Positions 1 through 11,543 of a DNA stretch of 64,000 nucleotides are shown here, piece after piece; position 1 is the stretch's first letter, and each line of letters begins with the position of its first letter. The notes below the pieces were generated by a model, which saw only the letters and a list, made by a program, of their open reading frames with translations, was not told the origin of the DNA and did not search any database. This DNA is from Scyliorhinus canicula. Taxonomy: Eukaryota. The position numbers were made by a program, and so were the translations under genes. The stretch lies in the NCBI RefSeq assembly GCF_902713615.1, contig NW_024056036.1:310001-374000 (forward strand). The letters are read 5' to 3'.

Positions 1-85
1 CATTGGGATTAATTTATGCAGTGCCTCGCGAATAGTCCCCAAAACGTCCTGCCACTGTTGTTCCACTGTCTTCCCTGCTCAGTTC

Positions 86-312
86 ATTTTTTTTTTTAAA
101 TTTAGATTAGCCAATTATTTTTTCCAATTTAGGGGCAATTTAGCGTGGCAAATCCACCTACTCTGCACATTTTTGGGTTTTGGGGGCGAAACCCACGCAG
201 GCACGGGGAGAACGTGCAAACTCCACACGGACAGTGACCCAGAGCCGGGATCGAACTTGGGACCTCAGCGCCGTGAGGCGGTTGTGCTAACCACTAGGCC
301 ACCGTGCTGCCC
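86..312 (-). mobile_element. tRNA-derived SINE (short, A-tailed subfamily) inserted in a CR1 relic
   Basis: A-box/B-box head (tagtggttagc, gttcgatccc on - strand), poly(A) tail, 9-bp TSD gctcagttc at 77-85 and 313-321. Mirror copy at ~22674-22898. Confidence 0.9.
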
Positions 313-321
313 GCTCAGTTC

Positions 322-1300
322 CCTTTTAATCAACTCTGGCCAGCTCCTCCCTTTATCTTTGTAGTTAACTTTATTCAATTGTAATACTGTTACATTTGAC
401 TCCAGATTCGACCTCCAAACTCCAGGATGAATTCTATCATATTGTGGTCACTGCCCCGTGAGGGTTTCTTCTCCTTCAGTTCCCTACTCAAGTCGACCTC
501 ATTACACATCAGCAAATGCAGAATTGCCTGTTCTCGACTGACCTCTATCACAAGCTGCTCCAAAAAAACTTTTCATCGATATTCCACAAATTCCATTTCT
601 TGGGATCTGCTACCAACCTGCCTTTCCCTATTCTCCTGCATATTGAAGTCCCCCATGATTATAAATATTGCCTCCCTTATATGCGTTTTTACATCTCCTG
701 ATTTATTTTGTGCCCCACATTCTGACTATGGCTAGGGGCTGTACGTAACTCTCATCAGTGTATTTTTTCCTTTGCGATTCGTCAACTCTGCCCACAGGGA
801 TTCTACGCCTTCTTGTCTTAAATTGCTTCTTGCTATTGAGTTAATTTCATTCCTTACTCACAATGCAACCCCGCCCCCTTTTCCCATCTGCCTGTCCTTT
901 CGATAGGACAGATATCCTTGGATATTTAGATTCCAGCACTGATCCCCTCGCAGCCAAGTCCCTGTGGTGTCCACAACATCGTACCGGCCAATTACAATGT
1001 GCACAATTAGTTCATTTACCTTGTTCCGTATACTGCGCACATTCAGGTACAACACCCGCAGCTCTGCGTTGACCACCCCTTCTCATCGTTCTCCAGTTTT
1101 CTGCTGTGCCTGAAGTTGCATACCTGCCACTTTCCACACTCCCTACTCTAGTACGTGTTCTGGAAACTTTACTAACCTCCCTGAGCCCTCGGCCCCTTTT
1201 ACTCGGTCAATATCCTGACCATTAACCTGCACTCTCACCTTCTCTTTAACTTTGGTTTTCTAATTTTTCATACAAACGACCCCTCCCCCCCAAAAAAATT
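322..1300 (-). mobile_element. Decayed CR1-clade LINE, apurinic-type endonuclease region of ORF2
   Basis: ORF 858-1076 LRVLYLNVRSIRNKVNEL...YDVV...TWL is the APE N-terminus; broken by stops and frameshifts. Confidence 0.8.
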
Positions 1301-1409
1301 GTTTTAAAGCATCTCTTCTCAGCATTGAATTTTATCTGCCATCTATCTGCCTGTGTACATGAAGAAGTCAGCCACCTGTTGGAGCCAGGCTGGACACACC
1401 CTTGTTACA

Positions 1410-1880
1410 ACACCAGAGGTGGCAGGACTGTCAGACGAGGAGAGAATGAATACATAAGGATTGTTTTCGCTGGAGTTCAGAAGAATGAGTGGGGATCTCA
1501 TAGAGACTTATAAAATTCTAACAGGATCGACAGTGTAGATGCAGGGAAGATGTTCCCAATGATGGGTGTGTCCAGAACCAGGGGCCATAGTCTGAGGATT
1601 CAGGATTCATTTCGGTCAGAGATGAGGAGACATTTCTTCACCCAAAGATTGGTGAGCCTGTGGAATTCATTAGCACAGGAAATAGTTGATCCTAAAACAT
1701 TGAATATGTTCTAGAGGCGGCTAGATATAGCACTTGGGGAGAATGGGATCAAATGCTTTGGGGAGAAAGCTGGATTAGTCTATTGAATTGGATGATCAGC
1801 CCTGATCGTGATAAATGACGGAGCAGGCTCGAAGGGCCAAAAGGCCTCCTCCTGCTCCTAACTTCTATGTATCTATGTAT
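1410..1880 (+). mobile_element. CR1-like LINE 3' end fragment
   Basis: Degenerate RT C-terminus followed by the ...aagggcc...ctcctgctcct...tctatgt 3' tail shared with other CR1 copies in the window. Confidence 0.7.
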
Positions 1881-2199
1881 GTAATCCTCTTCCCTGTTTA
1901 CTACATTGTCAATTTGGGAGACAAATGCAACTTTTCAATTCATATCCTGTAAACCCGAGTCCCGAATCCTGTGTATTAATATAACAGAAAAAGCAGTGCT
2001 GATAATATTACTCACTGGAGAATAACACTCTGTCCCCCACCCAATGTGAAACAATTGTTACCAGCTACACTGTATTCTGTCCTTTAGTCACTGTTGTACA
2101 CATTCTGCTGCTGCCCCTTTAATCACATGAGCATCAATTTTCCCCACTTTTCAAATATGACACAGACATTAAGATAGTTGTCCCAGACCTTTCCATTCC

Positions 2200-2700
2200 T
2201 CGAGTCCCATCAGAATTCCAAGGACAGCTTTAGTAACGCTCTGCTTGTCTAAACTATTCCGTCAAATTCTCGCAGGTCAGGTACAGAACGGGGTTATATA
2301 CAGAGCAAAGCTTCCTGCACACTGATCCACCAAACACTCTCACGGCAAATGCATCACACGTTTCGATAATTAATAAAATTTCCGAAAACCTGTCCCATTA
2401 TATACTCCCAGGGCCCCAACAGTAAACATTTAGTTACTGAATAAACTTCGCTTTACAATCTCCCCTCAAATACTCGAAGGACAGGTACAGTACAGATCAA
2501 AGCCCCCTCCACAACATCCGCCATCTAACATGTGAAGGACAGGTAATGCGCATGTGAGGAACAGAGTAAAGCTTCCTTTTTGGCGGACCATCAGATACTT
2601 GCAGAGCAGGAAAAACGCAGGGTATGTGGAGAGTAAAGTTCCCCATACTCCGTCCCATTAATTGGTGTATAAAACAAAGGAATTATTTGTGCAGGAGTTT
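2200..2700 (+). repeat. Degenerate tandem repeat (ctgtccc...atactccc...ggacaggtacag...agagtaaagct type)
   Basis: Recurrent gacaggtac and agagtaaagctt motifs. Related sequence in the opposite orientation at ~29100-29200 and ~37480-37940. Confidence 0.55.
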
Positions 2701-2819
2701 GGTGTGAAAATGTCCACATACACTAACACTCAGAAAAAAACGCACATATGTCTTAATGTATATAATCTCGAACGTGTAACGGCGAACATCACACTCGGCC
2801 CTACATTAACATTAATCTT

Positions 2820-3140
2820 GGGCCGACCCTGCAATTGACCCTGTCTCGCTTTGTACGAATGTATACCCTGAATCAGTAATCACTGCATTAGACCTTATCT
2901 CAGTTTTCGTTAATCTAGACCCTGCATCAATAATTACGGCACTAGAATCTGTCTCACTTTATATTAATCCCGACGCTCGAACAGCAATTAGTGCTCTAGA
3001 ACCCTGTCAAAATGCACATTACTGAAGACCCCCCCCCATCAGAAATCACTGCACTCGGCCTTGTCTCAGTTTATATTAATCTAGACCCTGTATCAGAAAT
3101 TACTGTACTAGACCCTGTTTCAGATTATATTTAATTTAGG
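2820..3140 (+). repeat. Degenerate 27-bp (54-bp dimer) minisatellite, core CTAGACCCTG
   Basis: Unit starts at 2888, 2915, 2942, 2969 and 2996 (27-bp spacing); alternating ...cagtaatcactgca and ...cagtttatattaat variants. Confidence 0.75.
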
Positions 3141-3149
3141 CTTTTTGCA

Positions 3150-3450
3150 TTACATAGAACAATAGAAGTATAGAAGCACAGACAATAGGTGGAGGAATAG
3201 GCCGTTCGGCCCCTTGAACTTGCTCTTCCATTCATTCTGATCGTTGCTGATCATCCAACTCAGTAAACTGTTCTCGCTTTCCCTCCATATCCTAGATCCC
3301 TAAAGCCCACAAGAGCTATATATAATTCCTTCCAGCAAACATACAATGTTTTTGCCTCAACTGTTTTGTGTGGTAGAGAATTCCACAGGCTCACCAGTCT
3401 AGGTCAATAAATTTCTCCTCATCTATATCCTTAGACTGTGTCCCTGATTC
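3150..3450 (-). mobile_element. CR1-like LINE 3' end fragment
   Basis: Reverse complement of the CR1 3' tail seen at 1410-1880. Confidence 0.65.
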
Positions 3451-3744
3451 TGGACTCCCCTCCATTAATCATTGCTGCACTCCCTGTCTCCGTTATTATG
3501 AATATTTACCCTGTAACAGTAACCACTGCATTAGAACCCTGCCCCAGTTATTGTGAATCCCGGCCTTTTCAAAGAATCATAGAATCCCGCAGTGCACAAG
3601 GAAGCCAATCGGCCCATCGACTCTGCACCCGCCCTCCAAAACGCCACCCCACTGAGGACCACTCCTCCATCCTATCCCCAAAGCCCCACCTAACCTTTGC
3701 ACACTCAGGGGAAATCTTTTAGAGTCGCCAATCCACCTAACCTT

Positions 3745-4515
3745 GATTTGATTCATTTTGGAAGGAATAACAGGAAGACAGAGTACTGGGCGAATGGTAA
3801 GATTCTTGGGAGTGTGAACGAGCAGAGAGATCTTGGTGTCCATGTCCATAGATCCCTGAAAGTTGCCACCCAGGTTGAGAGGGTTGTTAAGAAGGCATAC
3901 GGTGTGTTAGCTTTTATTGGGAGAGGAATTGAGTTTCGGAGCCATGTGGTCATGTTGCAGTTGAACAAAACTCTGGTGCGGCCGCCTTTGGAGTATTGCG
4001 TGCAGTTCTGTCCGCCGCATTATAAGAAGGATGTGGAAGCATTGGAAATGGTACAGAGGAGATTTACAAGGATGTTTCCTGGTATGGAGGGAAGATCTTA
4101 CGAGGAAAGGCTGAAGGACTTGAGGCTGTTTTCGTTAGAGAGAGAACAAGGTTAAGAGGTGACTAAATTGAGACTTACAAGATGATCAGAGGATTAGATA
4201 GGTTGGACATTGAGAGCCTTTTTCCTCGGATGGTGACGTCCAGCACGAGGGTACATAGCTTTAAATTGAGGGAAGATAGATATAGGACAGATGTCAGAGG
4301 TAGATTCTTTACTCGGAGAGTAGTAAGGGCGTGGAATGCCCTGCCTGCAACAGTAGTGGACTCGCCAACTCTAAACGCATTCAAATGATCATTGGATAGG
4401 CAGATGAACGATAAGGGAATAGTGTAGATGGGCTTTAGAGTGGTTTTACAGGTCGGCGCAACATCGAGGGCTGAAGGGCCTGTACTTCACTGTAATGTTC
4501 TATGTTCTATGTAAC
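3745..4515 (+). mobile_element. CR1-clade LINE, RT C-terminus and 3' end
   Basis: ORF 3697-4155: RDLGVHVHRSLK...KKAYGVLAFI...LVRPPLEYCVQF...VQRRFTRMFPGM; tail tgttctatgttctatg. Confidence 0.9.
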
Positions 4516-4802
4516 CTGCGCATCTTTGGACTGTGGGAGGAAATTCTCGGTTTCCACTGCACTGCACTGTCTCCACTTGTATTAATCAAGGCCCTGTTTT
4601 AGTAATTCCGGTAAACCGCCGGCTCTGTTTATTTAATGCCAGTTTCTGTACCTGTAAATGATGCGCTTCTCTCTATTTTAGTTATTACTGTGCGAGACAA
4701 TACCAATATTGATGGTGATGTGGAGATGCCGGCGTTGGACTGGGGTGAGCTCAGGAAGAAGTCTTACAACACAAGGTTGAAGTCCAACAGGTTTACTTCA
4801 AA

Positions 4803-4837
4803 CACTAGCTTTCGGAGCACTGTTCCTTACTCAGGTG
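4803..4837 (-). ncRNA. Degenerate minimal hammerhead ribozyme motif in Penelope pLTR
   Basis: - strand reads cac-CTGAGTA-a-ggaac-agt-gctcc-GAAA-gc-TA-gtg; core and stem II carry mismatches, so probably inactive. Confidence 0.5.
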
Positions 4838-6180
4838 AATGAAAAGGTATGTTCCAGAAACATATTTATCGACAAAGTCAAAGATGCCAGACAATGCTTC
4901 GAATGCGAGCATTTGCAGGTAATTAAGTCTTTACAGATCCAGAGTTAGGGGTAACCCCAGGTTAAAGAGGTGTGAATTGTCTCAAGCCAGCACAGTTGGT
5001 AGGATTTTGCAAGCCCAGGCCAGATGGTGGGGGATGAATGTAATGTGACATGAATCCCAGGCCCCGTTTGAGGCCGCACTCGTGTAGGCGGAACTTGGCT
5101 ATAAGTTTCTGCTCAGCGATTCTGCGTTCTTGCAGGTCACCTCACAATGTTCCACTTCTCCAGCTTCCACCCTAAACATACTAAAGAATCCATCCCCTAT
5201 GGACAAGCCCTCCGTATACACAGGATCTGCGCAGACGAGGAGGAGCGTAACAGACATCTACAGACGCTGAGTGATGCCCTCGCATGAACGAGATATGGTG
5301 TTTGACTCATCGATCAACAGTTCCAATGCGCCACAGCAAGAAAACGCACCAACCTCCTCAGAAGACAAACACGGGACACAACCGACAGAGTACCCTTCAT
5401 CATCCAGTACTTTCCCGGAGAGGAGAAACTATGACATCTTCTTCGCAGCATTCAACACATCATCGATGAAGATGAACATATTGCCAAGGTCATCCCCACA
5501 CCCTCACTACTTGCCTTCAAACAACCACGCAACCTCAAACAATCCATTGTTTGCAGCAAACTACCCAGTCTTCAGAACAGCGACCACGACACCACACAAC
5601 TTTGCCATGGCAATCGCTGCAAGACGTGCCAGATCATCGACATGGATACCACCATTACACGTGAGAACACCACCCACTAGGTACATACTAGTGCAACTTG
5701 GCCAACATTGTCTACCTCATACGCTGCAGGAAAGGATGTCCTGAAGCGTTTTACATTGGTGAGACCATGCAGGCGCTGCAACAAGGAATGAACGGACATC
5801 GTGCGACAATCACCAGGCAGGAATGTTCCCTTCCAGTCAGGGAACACTTCAGCAGTCAAGGGCATTCAGCCTCTGATCCCAGGTAAGTGTTCTCCAAGGC
5901 GGCCCACAGGACACGCGATACGCAGAATTGCCGAGCAGAAATTTATAGCCAAGTTCCGCACACATGAGTGCGGCCTCAATCGGGACCTGGGATTCATGTT
6001 GCATTACATTCATCCCCCACCATCTGGCCTGGGCTTTCAAAATCCTACCAACTCTCCTGGCTTGAGACAATTCACACCTCTTTAACCTGGGGTTACCCCT
6101 ATCTCTGGATCTGTAAAAATTAATTACCTGCAAATGCTCGCATTCTAAGCATTGTCTTGCATCTTTGAATTGTCTACATA

Positions 6181-6524
6181 TAGAATAGAATAGAATAGTA
6201 CAGCACAGAACAGGCCCTTCGGCCCTCGATGTTGTGCCGAACAATGATCACCCTACTCAAACCCACGTAGTCACCCTATACCCGTAACCCAACGACCCCC
6301 CCTTAACCTTACTTTTAGGACACTACGGGCAATTTAGCATCGCCAATCCACCTAACCCGCACATATTTGGACTGTGGGAGGAAACCGGAGCACCCGGAGG
6401 AAACCCACGCACACACGGGGAGGACGTGCAGACTCCGCACAGACAGTGACCCAGCCGGGAACCGAACCTGGGACCATGGAGCTGTGAAGCATTTATGCTA
6501 ACCACCATGCTACCGTGCTGCCCC
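6181..6524 (-). mobile_element. tRNA-derived SINE (HE1/V-SINE-like long subfamily)
   Basis: gggcagcacggtagcatggtggttagc head, B box ggttcggttccc, CR1-like tail with (ttcta)n. Confidence 0.9.
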
Positions 6525-6566
6525 AATGTGCTGCCCCAATATGTTTATGGAACATACCTCTTCATT

Positions 6567-6601
6567 CACCTGAGGAAGGAGCAGTGCTCCGAAAGCTAGG
6601 G
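6567..6601 (+). ncRNA. Minimal hammerhead ribozyme motif in Penelope pLTR
   Basis: cac-CTGAGGA-a-ggagc-agt-gctcc-GAAA-gc-TA-ggg; core intact, stem I has one mismatch. Confidence 0.6.
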
Positions 6602-7454
6602 TTTGAAAAAAACCTGCTGGACTATAACCTGGTGTTGTAAGACTTCTTACAATATTAATCGTGCAATGGGTTACATCTCATTATTACCGCACCCCTCCAT
6701 ATCTCTGTTTAAAATAAAATAGGTCCTTTCTCAGTTCTCTCTAAATTTGACCCTCTCAGTGTTTTTATCTTTCGGTATTATTCCAATTATTAATACATCA
6801 GATCATGATTCTGTGGCCTGTATAATTTACTCTAGTTGAGATTTTACTTGTAGTTAGACGATGTATTTTTTATATTTTACTGCACATTGTGTTTCGTAGT
6901 ATTACATTCATCCCTGCTTCAGTTATCACTGTACTTAACCCTGTGCCAAGTTTTATTATACTTGGTCTTGTCTCTGGAATGATTGTACAGGACCATGTTT
7001 CGTTTTATCCTTCCGTCAGCATTGTATCTGTGTATATAATTCTATCTACAGTTAAACATTTGAATAAGAAGGACCATGTTTCTATACATACTACCCTTTC
7101 TCAGTTATGACTGCACGAGATTCTGTTTACTGTTTTAACAATAGGTGCAGCCACATTCAGAAATGCACTGAGCAACACCTCTCTCTACTGCAATTGACTC
7201 TTTTTTAAACATTGCATTAGACCTTATATCTATTAATATTACATTATGTGCGGATTAATTAATGGATGCATGAATCTATGCTGCTATACATGTTAGAAGT
7301 CACCATTTCGGAGCAGTTGTTCAACTGCACCAAGTTTCCATTTATATTATGTTGAGCCCATTCTCTGATGTTATTTTGTTAGTCTCGGTTTCATTCACGG
7401 CTGAAGTCTTCCCCCACAGAATAATGCATCAGATTTACTTTCATTGATTACCGC

Positions 7455-9220
7455 ACAATCAACATCCTGGGGTTGTCATTGACCGGAAACTGAATTGGCA
7501 AGCCAGACGAATGTTGTGGCCTCCAGAGCAGTTCAAAGGGTAGAGATCCTGTGGCGAGTAACTCAAATCCCGATTGCCCAAAGCCTGTCCATCACCTGCT
7601 CGGCAAAAATCTGAAGTGTAATGGAATACAAGCTCCAATTGTCTGGAGTGCAGCTTCAACAAATCTCAAGAAGCTTTCCACCATCATGGACATCAGTAAA
7701 GCATTTGATAAAGTTTCCCATGGCAGGTTGATGGAAAAAGTGAAGTCGTATGGGGTTCAGGGTGTACGAGCTAGATGGAAAGAACTGGCTGGGCAACAGG
7801 AGACAGAGAGTAGTGGTGGAAGGGAGTGTCTCAAAATGGAGAAAGGTGACTAGTGGTGTTCCACAGGGATCCGTGCTCGGACCACTGTTGTTTGTGATAT
7901 ATAAATGATCTGGACGAAGGTATAAGTGGTCTGATGAGCAAGTTTGCAGATGATACTGAGATTGGTGGATTTGCAGATAGCAAGGCGGACTGTCAGAGAA
8001 TACAGTAAAATACAGATAGATTGGAGAGTTGGGCAGAGAAATGGCAGATGGAGTTCAATCCAGGCAAATGCGAGGTGATGCATTTTGGAAGATTTAACTC
8101 AAGAGCAGACTGTATGGTCAATGGAAGAGTCCGGGGAAAATTGATGTCCAGAGAGATCTGGGAGTCCAGGTCCATTGTACCCTGAAGGTGGCAACGCAGG
8201 TTGATAGAGTGGTCAAGAAGGCATACAGCATGCTTGCCTTCATCGGATTGGGTATTGAGTACAAGAGTCAGCAGGTCATGTTACAGTTGTATCGGACTTT
8301 GGTTAGGCCACATTTGGAATACTGTGTGCAGTTCTGGTCGCCACGTTACCAGAAGGATGTGGATGCCTTGGAGAGGGTGCAGAGGAGGTTCACCAGGATG
8401 TTACCTGGTATGGAGGGTGCTAGCTATGAAGAAAGGTTGAGTAGATTAGGATTGTTTTCGTTGGAAAGATGGAGGTTGAGGAGAGACCTGATTGAGGTCT
8501 ACAAAATTATGAGAGGTATGGACAGGGTGGATAGCACAAGCTTTTTCCAAGAGTAGGGGTGTCAGTTACAAGGGGTCACGATTTCAAGGTGAGAGGTGAA
8601 AAGTTTAAGGGAGATGTACATGGAAAGTTTTTTACACAGGGGGTGGGTGCCTGGAATGCTTTGCCAGCGGAGGTGGTAGGCGGGTCGTAGAGCATCATTT
8701 AAAATGCACCTGGGCAGATATATGTACAGTGGGGAACAGAGAGAAGTAGACCTTGGTAAATAGGCAACAGGTTTAGATAAAGGATCTGGATCGGCGAGGC
8801 TGGGAGGGCCGAAGGCCTGTTCCTGTGCTGTAATTTTCTTTAACTTTGTACCATCCAGGACAAATCAGTCGCTTGATTGTTGCCATCCACAAGATTTACT
8901 GTTGGAACTAATGATGGTTTCATATTCAGCACCTACCAGACCCACGGCTACAACCATCAACAAGGACAAGGACAGCAGATACTTTGGAACACTACACCTG
9001 GAGGTTCCTCTCCAAGTCACTCAACACTTTGACATGGAAATATATCGCCGTTCCTTCACTGTGGCTGGGTGAAAATGCTGGATTTCTCTCGCTAAAACAG
9101 TATGGGTGTAACTGCATATCAGGGACTGCAGCGATTCAAGGCGGCAGTTCACCACCTTCTGAATGGCAACTCGGAATGGGCCATAATTGCTGACCAATCA
9201 GTGGCGCCATATCGCGCAAA
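7455..9220 (+). mobile_element. Old CR1/L2-group LINE 3' region interrupted by a younger CR1
   Basis: Same family as 38600-39075, 39985-41390 and 44500-45400; host sequence stops at 7685 and resumes at 8850. Confidence 0.65.
7686..8849 (+). mobile_element. 5'-truncated CR1-clade LINE (RT region to 3' end)
   Basis: [32 protein letters not shown]-like motif and LVRPHLEYCVQFWSP (ORF 8188-8556); flanking accatc repeated at 7680-7685 and 8850-8855. Confidence 0.9.
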
Positions 9221-9268
9221 TGAATGAAAAAAAAGAAAGGTTGTCTAAAAGATAGACAGATAGATTAA

Positions 9269-9600
9269 GGGGCAGCAGGGTAGCATGGTGGTTAGCATCA
9301 ATGCTTCACAGCTCCAGGGTCCCAGGTTCGATTCCCGGCTGGGTCGCTGTCTGTGCGGAGTCTGCACGTCCTCCCCTGTGTGCGTGGGTTTCCTCCGGGT
9401 GCTCCGGTTTCCTACCACAGTCCAAAGATGTGCGGGTTAGGTGGATCGGCCATGCTAAATTGCCCGTAGTGTCCTAAAAAGTAAGGTTAAGGGGGGGTTG
9501 TTGGGTTATGGGTACAGGGTGGATACGGGGTTTGAGTAGGGTGATCATGGCTCGGCACAACATCGAGGGCCGAAGGGCCTGTTCTGTGCTGTACTGTTCT
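9269..9600 (+). mobile_element. tRNA-derived SINE (HE1/V-SINE-like)
   Basis: Full head with A/B boxes, core and CR1-like tail; sits in a GATA-rich tract. Confidence 0.92.
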
Positions 9601-9866
9601 AAGATAGATAGGTGATGATAGAAAGAAAGAAAGATGGAATTTTATTTTCAAGATACTAAATACTTTTTATTCGTTCATGGGATGTGGATGTCGCTGGCTG
9701 ATCGTACCCATCCCTGAGGGCATTTCAGAATCAACGACATTGCTGTTGGGTCATTTGGAGTCATACGTAGGTCAGACTAGTTACGAAGGACATCAGTGAA
9801 CAGATGGGTTTTGATTACACACGACAATGGTTTCATGCTCATCATTAGACTTTTAATTGCTACCGT

Positions 9867-10236
9867 GGGCAGCACGGTATTATTGTGGATAGCACAATCG
9901 CTTCACAGCTCCAGGGTCCCAGGTTCGATTCCGGCTTGGGTCACTGTCTGTGCGGAGTCTACACGTCCTCTCCGTGTGTGCGTGGGTTTCCTCCAGGTGC
10001 TCGGGTTTCCTCCAGGTGCTCTGGTTTCCTCCCACAGTCCACAGACATGCAAGTTAGGTGGATTGGACATGATAAATTGCCCTTAGTGTCCAAAATTGCC
10101 TTAGTGTTGGGTGGGTTACTGGGTTATGGGGATAGTGTGGAAGTGTTAACCTTGGGTAGGGTGCTCTTTCCAGGAGCCGGTGCAGACTCGATGGGCTGAA
10201 TGGCTTCCTTCTGCACTGTAAATTCTATGATCTATG
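9867..10236 (+). mobile_element. tRNA-derived SINE (related subfamily)
   Basis: gggcagcacgg head, B box ggttcgattcc, tail ttctatgatctatga. Confidence 0.9.
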
Positions 10237-10385
10237 AATTCCAGATCTTTCTTGATTCAAATGTCACCACCTGCCGTGGTGGGAGCCCGGGTCCCCAGAG
10301 CTTGACTCTGGATCTCTGGATTACTAGTCCAGCACATACTGGTGCACCACTGACTTGTGTGTGGAAAGGGGAACTCACTTGTGTT

Positions 10386-10720
10386 TAGAACATAGAACAG
10401 TACAGCACAGAACAGGCCCTTCGGCCCTCGATGTTGTGCCGAGCCATGATCACCCTACTCAAACCCACGTATCCACCCTATACCCGTAACCAAAACCCCT
10501 CCTTTAACCTTACTTTTTAGGACACTACGGCAATTTAGCATGGCCAATCCACCTAACCCGCACATCTTTGGACTGTGGGAGGAAGTGGAGCACCCGGAGG
10601 AAACCCACGCACACACGGGGAGGACGTGCAGACTCCGCACAGACAGTGATCCAGCCGGGAATCGAACCTGGGACCTTGGCGCTGTGAAGCATTTATGCTA
10701 ACCACCACGCTACCGTGCTG
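10386..10720 (-). mobile_element. tRNA-derived SINE (HE1/V-SINE-like)
   Basis: Reverse complement of the 9269-9600 family. Confidence 0.92.
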
Positions 10721-11443
10721 TTTGGAAAATACATTTTGTCGTGTCAATAAATATTAGCTGTTATGGGCGTTGGTTGCAAAGGCAAATACAACTTTCAAAC
10801 ACCTGCCGATCTGTTCTCATCTCTTTGTTTCAGACTGCACCTAGATTAATTAATGTCTCTGTTCTCTCTCAGCCTTAATTCACTTACAAAAGCATAATGA
10901 ATAACTATTTGGTGTTGTGTGATTGGTCTGGTAATGGATGTGTAATATTTTTGCTGCAAGGTCGGAGCGAATCTTGTGACATTCACTTCATCACAAGGCT
11001 GAGGAACAGAAACACATGAGCCATATTGAACGTCATATTGCACAACACAGTCATAAACTCCATTGTGTTAGATATGACTAATTCAGACTTGTGTTCATCT
11101 GTGGCAATTACCCACTGTTTCCATTCATGGTCCGAATTGTCCTTCACCCTTTTTGCTGAATGGATTTCTGTTTGCTTTTGGTGTGGCCGGTGATTGTGAG
11201 AGACAGAGTCTGAACTGTGTATGTCTGTGGATGTATGTGTGTGTATGTTGTGGTGTGTTGTGTGTGTGTCTGTGTGTGGATATGTGTGTGCCTGGATGTC
11301 TATGTGGGCCGGTTAGTCTGGAACACATCATTATCATTGTTTGCAAAATGGCGTGGCCAATAATTGCAATTATTTTTCAGCAGATGACAACATTTTATTG
11401 AGATTACCTTCCACATTCTACGCAACACCCAATATGTAATGTA

Positions 11444-11543
11444 NNNNNNNNNNNNNNNNNNNNNNNNNNNNNNNNNNNNNNNNNNNNNNNNNNNNNNNNN
11501 NNNNNNNNNNNNNNNNNNNNNNNNNNNNNNNNNNNNNNNNNNN
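11444..11543. other. Assembly gap (100 N) at the exact centre of the inverted duplication
   Basis: 100 Ns flanked symmetrically by ...atgtaatgta and tacattacat... Confidence 0.99.

Larger units (their letters stand above)
4716..6650. mobile_element. Penelope-like element with inverted pseudo-LTR ends (decayed; SINE inserted)
   Basis: 4716-~5135 is the element 3' end on the - strand and ~5136-6650 is on the + strand. GIY-YIG-type VYLIRCRKGCPEAFYIGET in ORF 5698-5886; frameshifted. Mirror copy at 16338-18271. Confidence 0.88.
1..11443. repeat. Left arm of a large inverted duplication (runs to the window edge)
   Basis: Reverse complement of 11544-22981. Mirrored ORFs sum to ~22987 (e.g. 8188-8556 vs 14431-14799). 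Window start cattgggattaatttatgcagtgcc matches the reverse complement at ~22955-22981. Confidence 0.97.

Noticed and set aside
9269-9350. tRNA genes at SINE heads (also at the other SINE copies)
   Set aside because: A and B boxes are present, but they run into the SINE core and tail with no complete cloverleaf.
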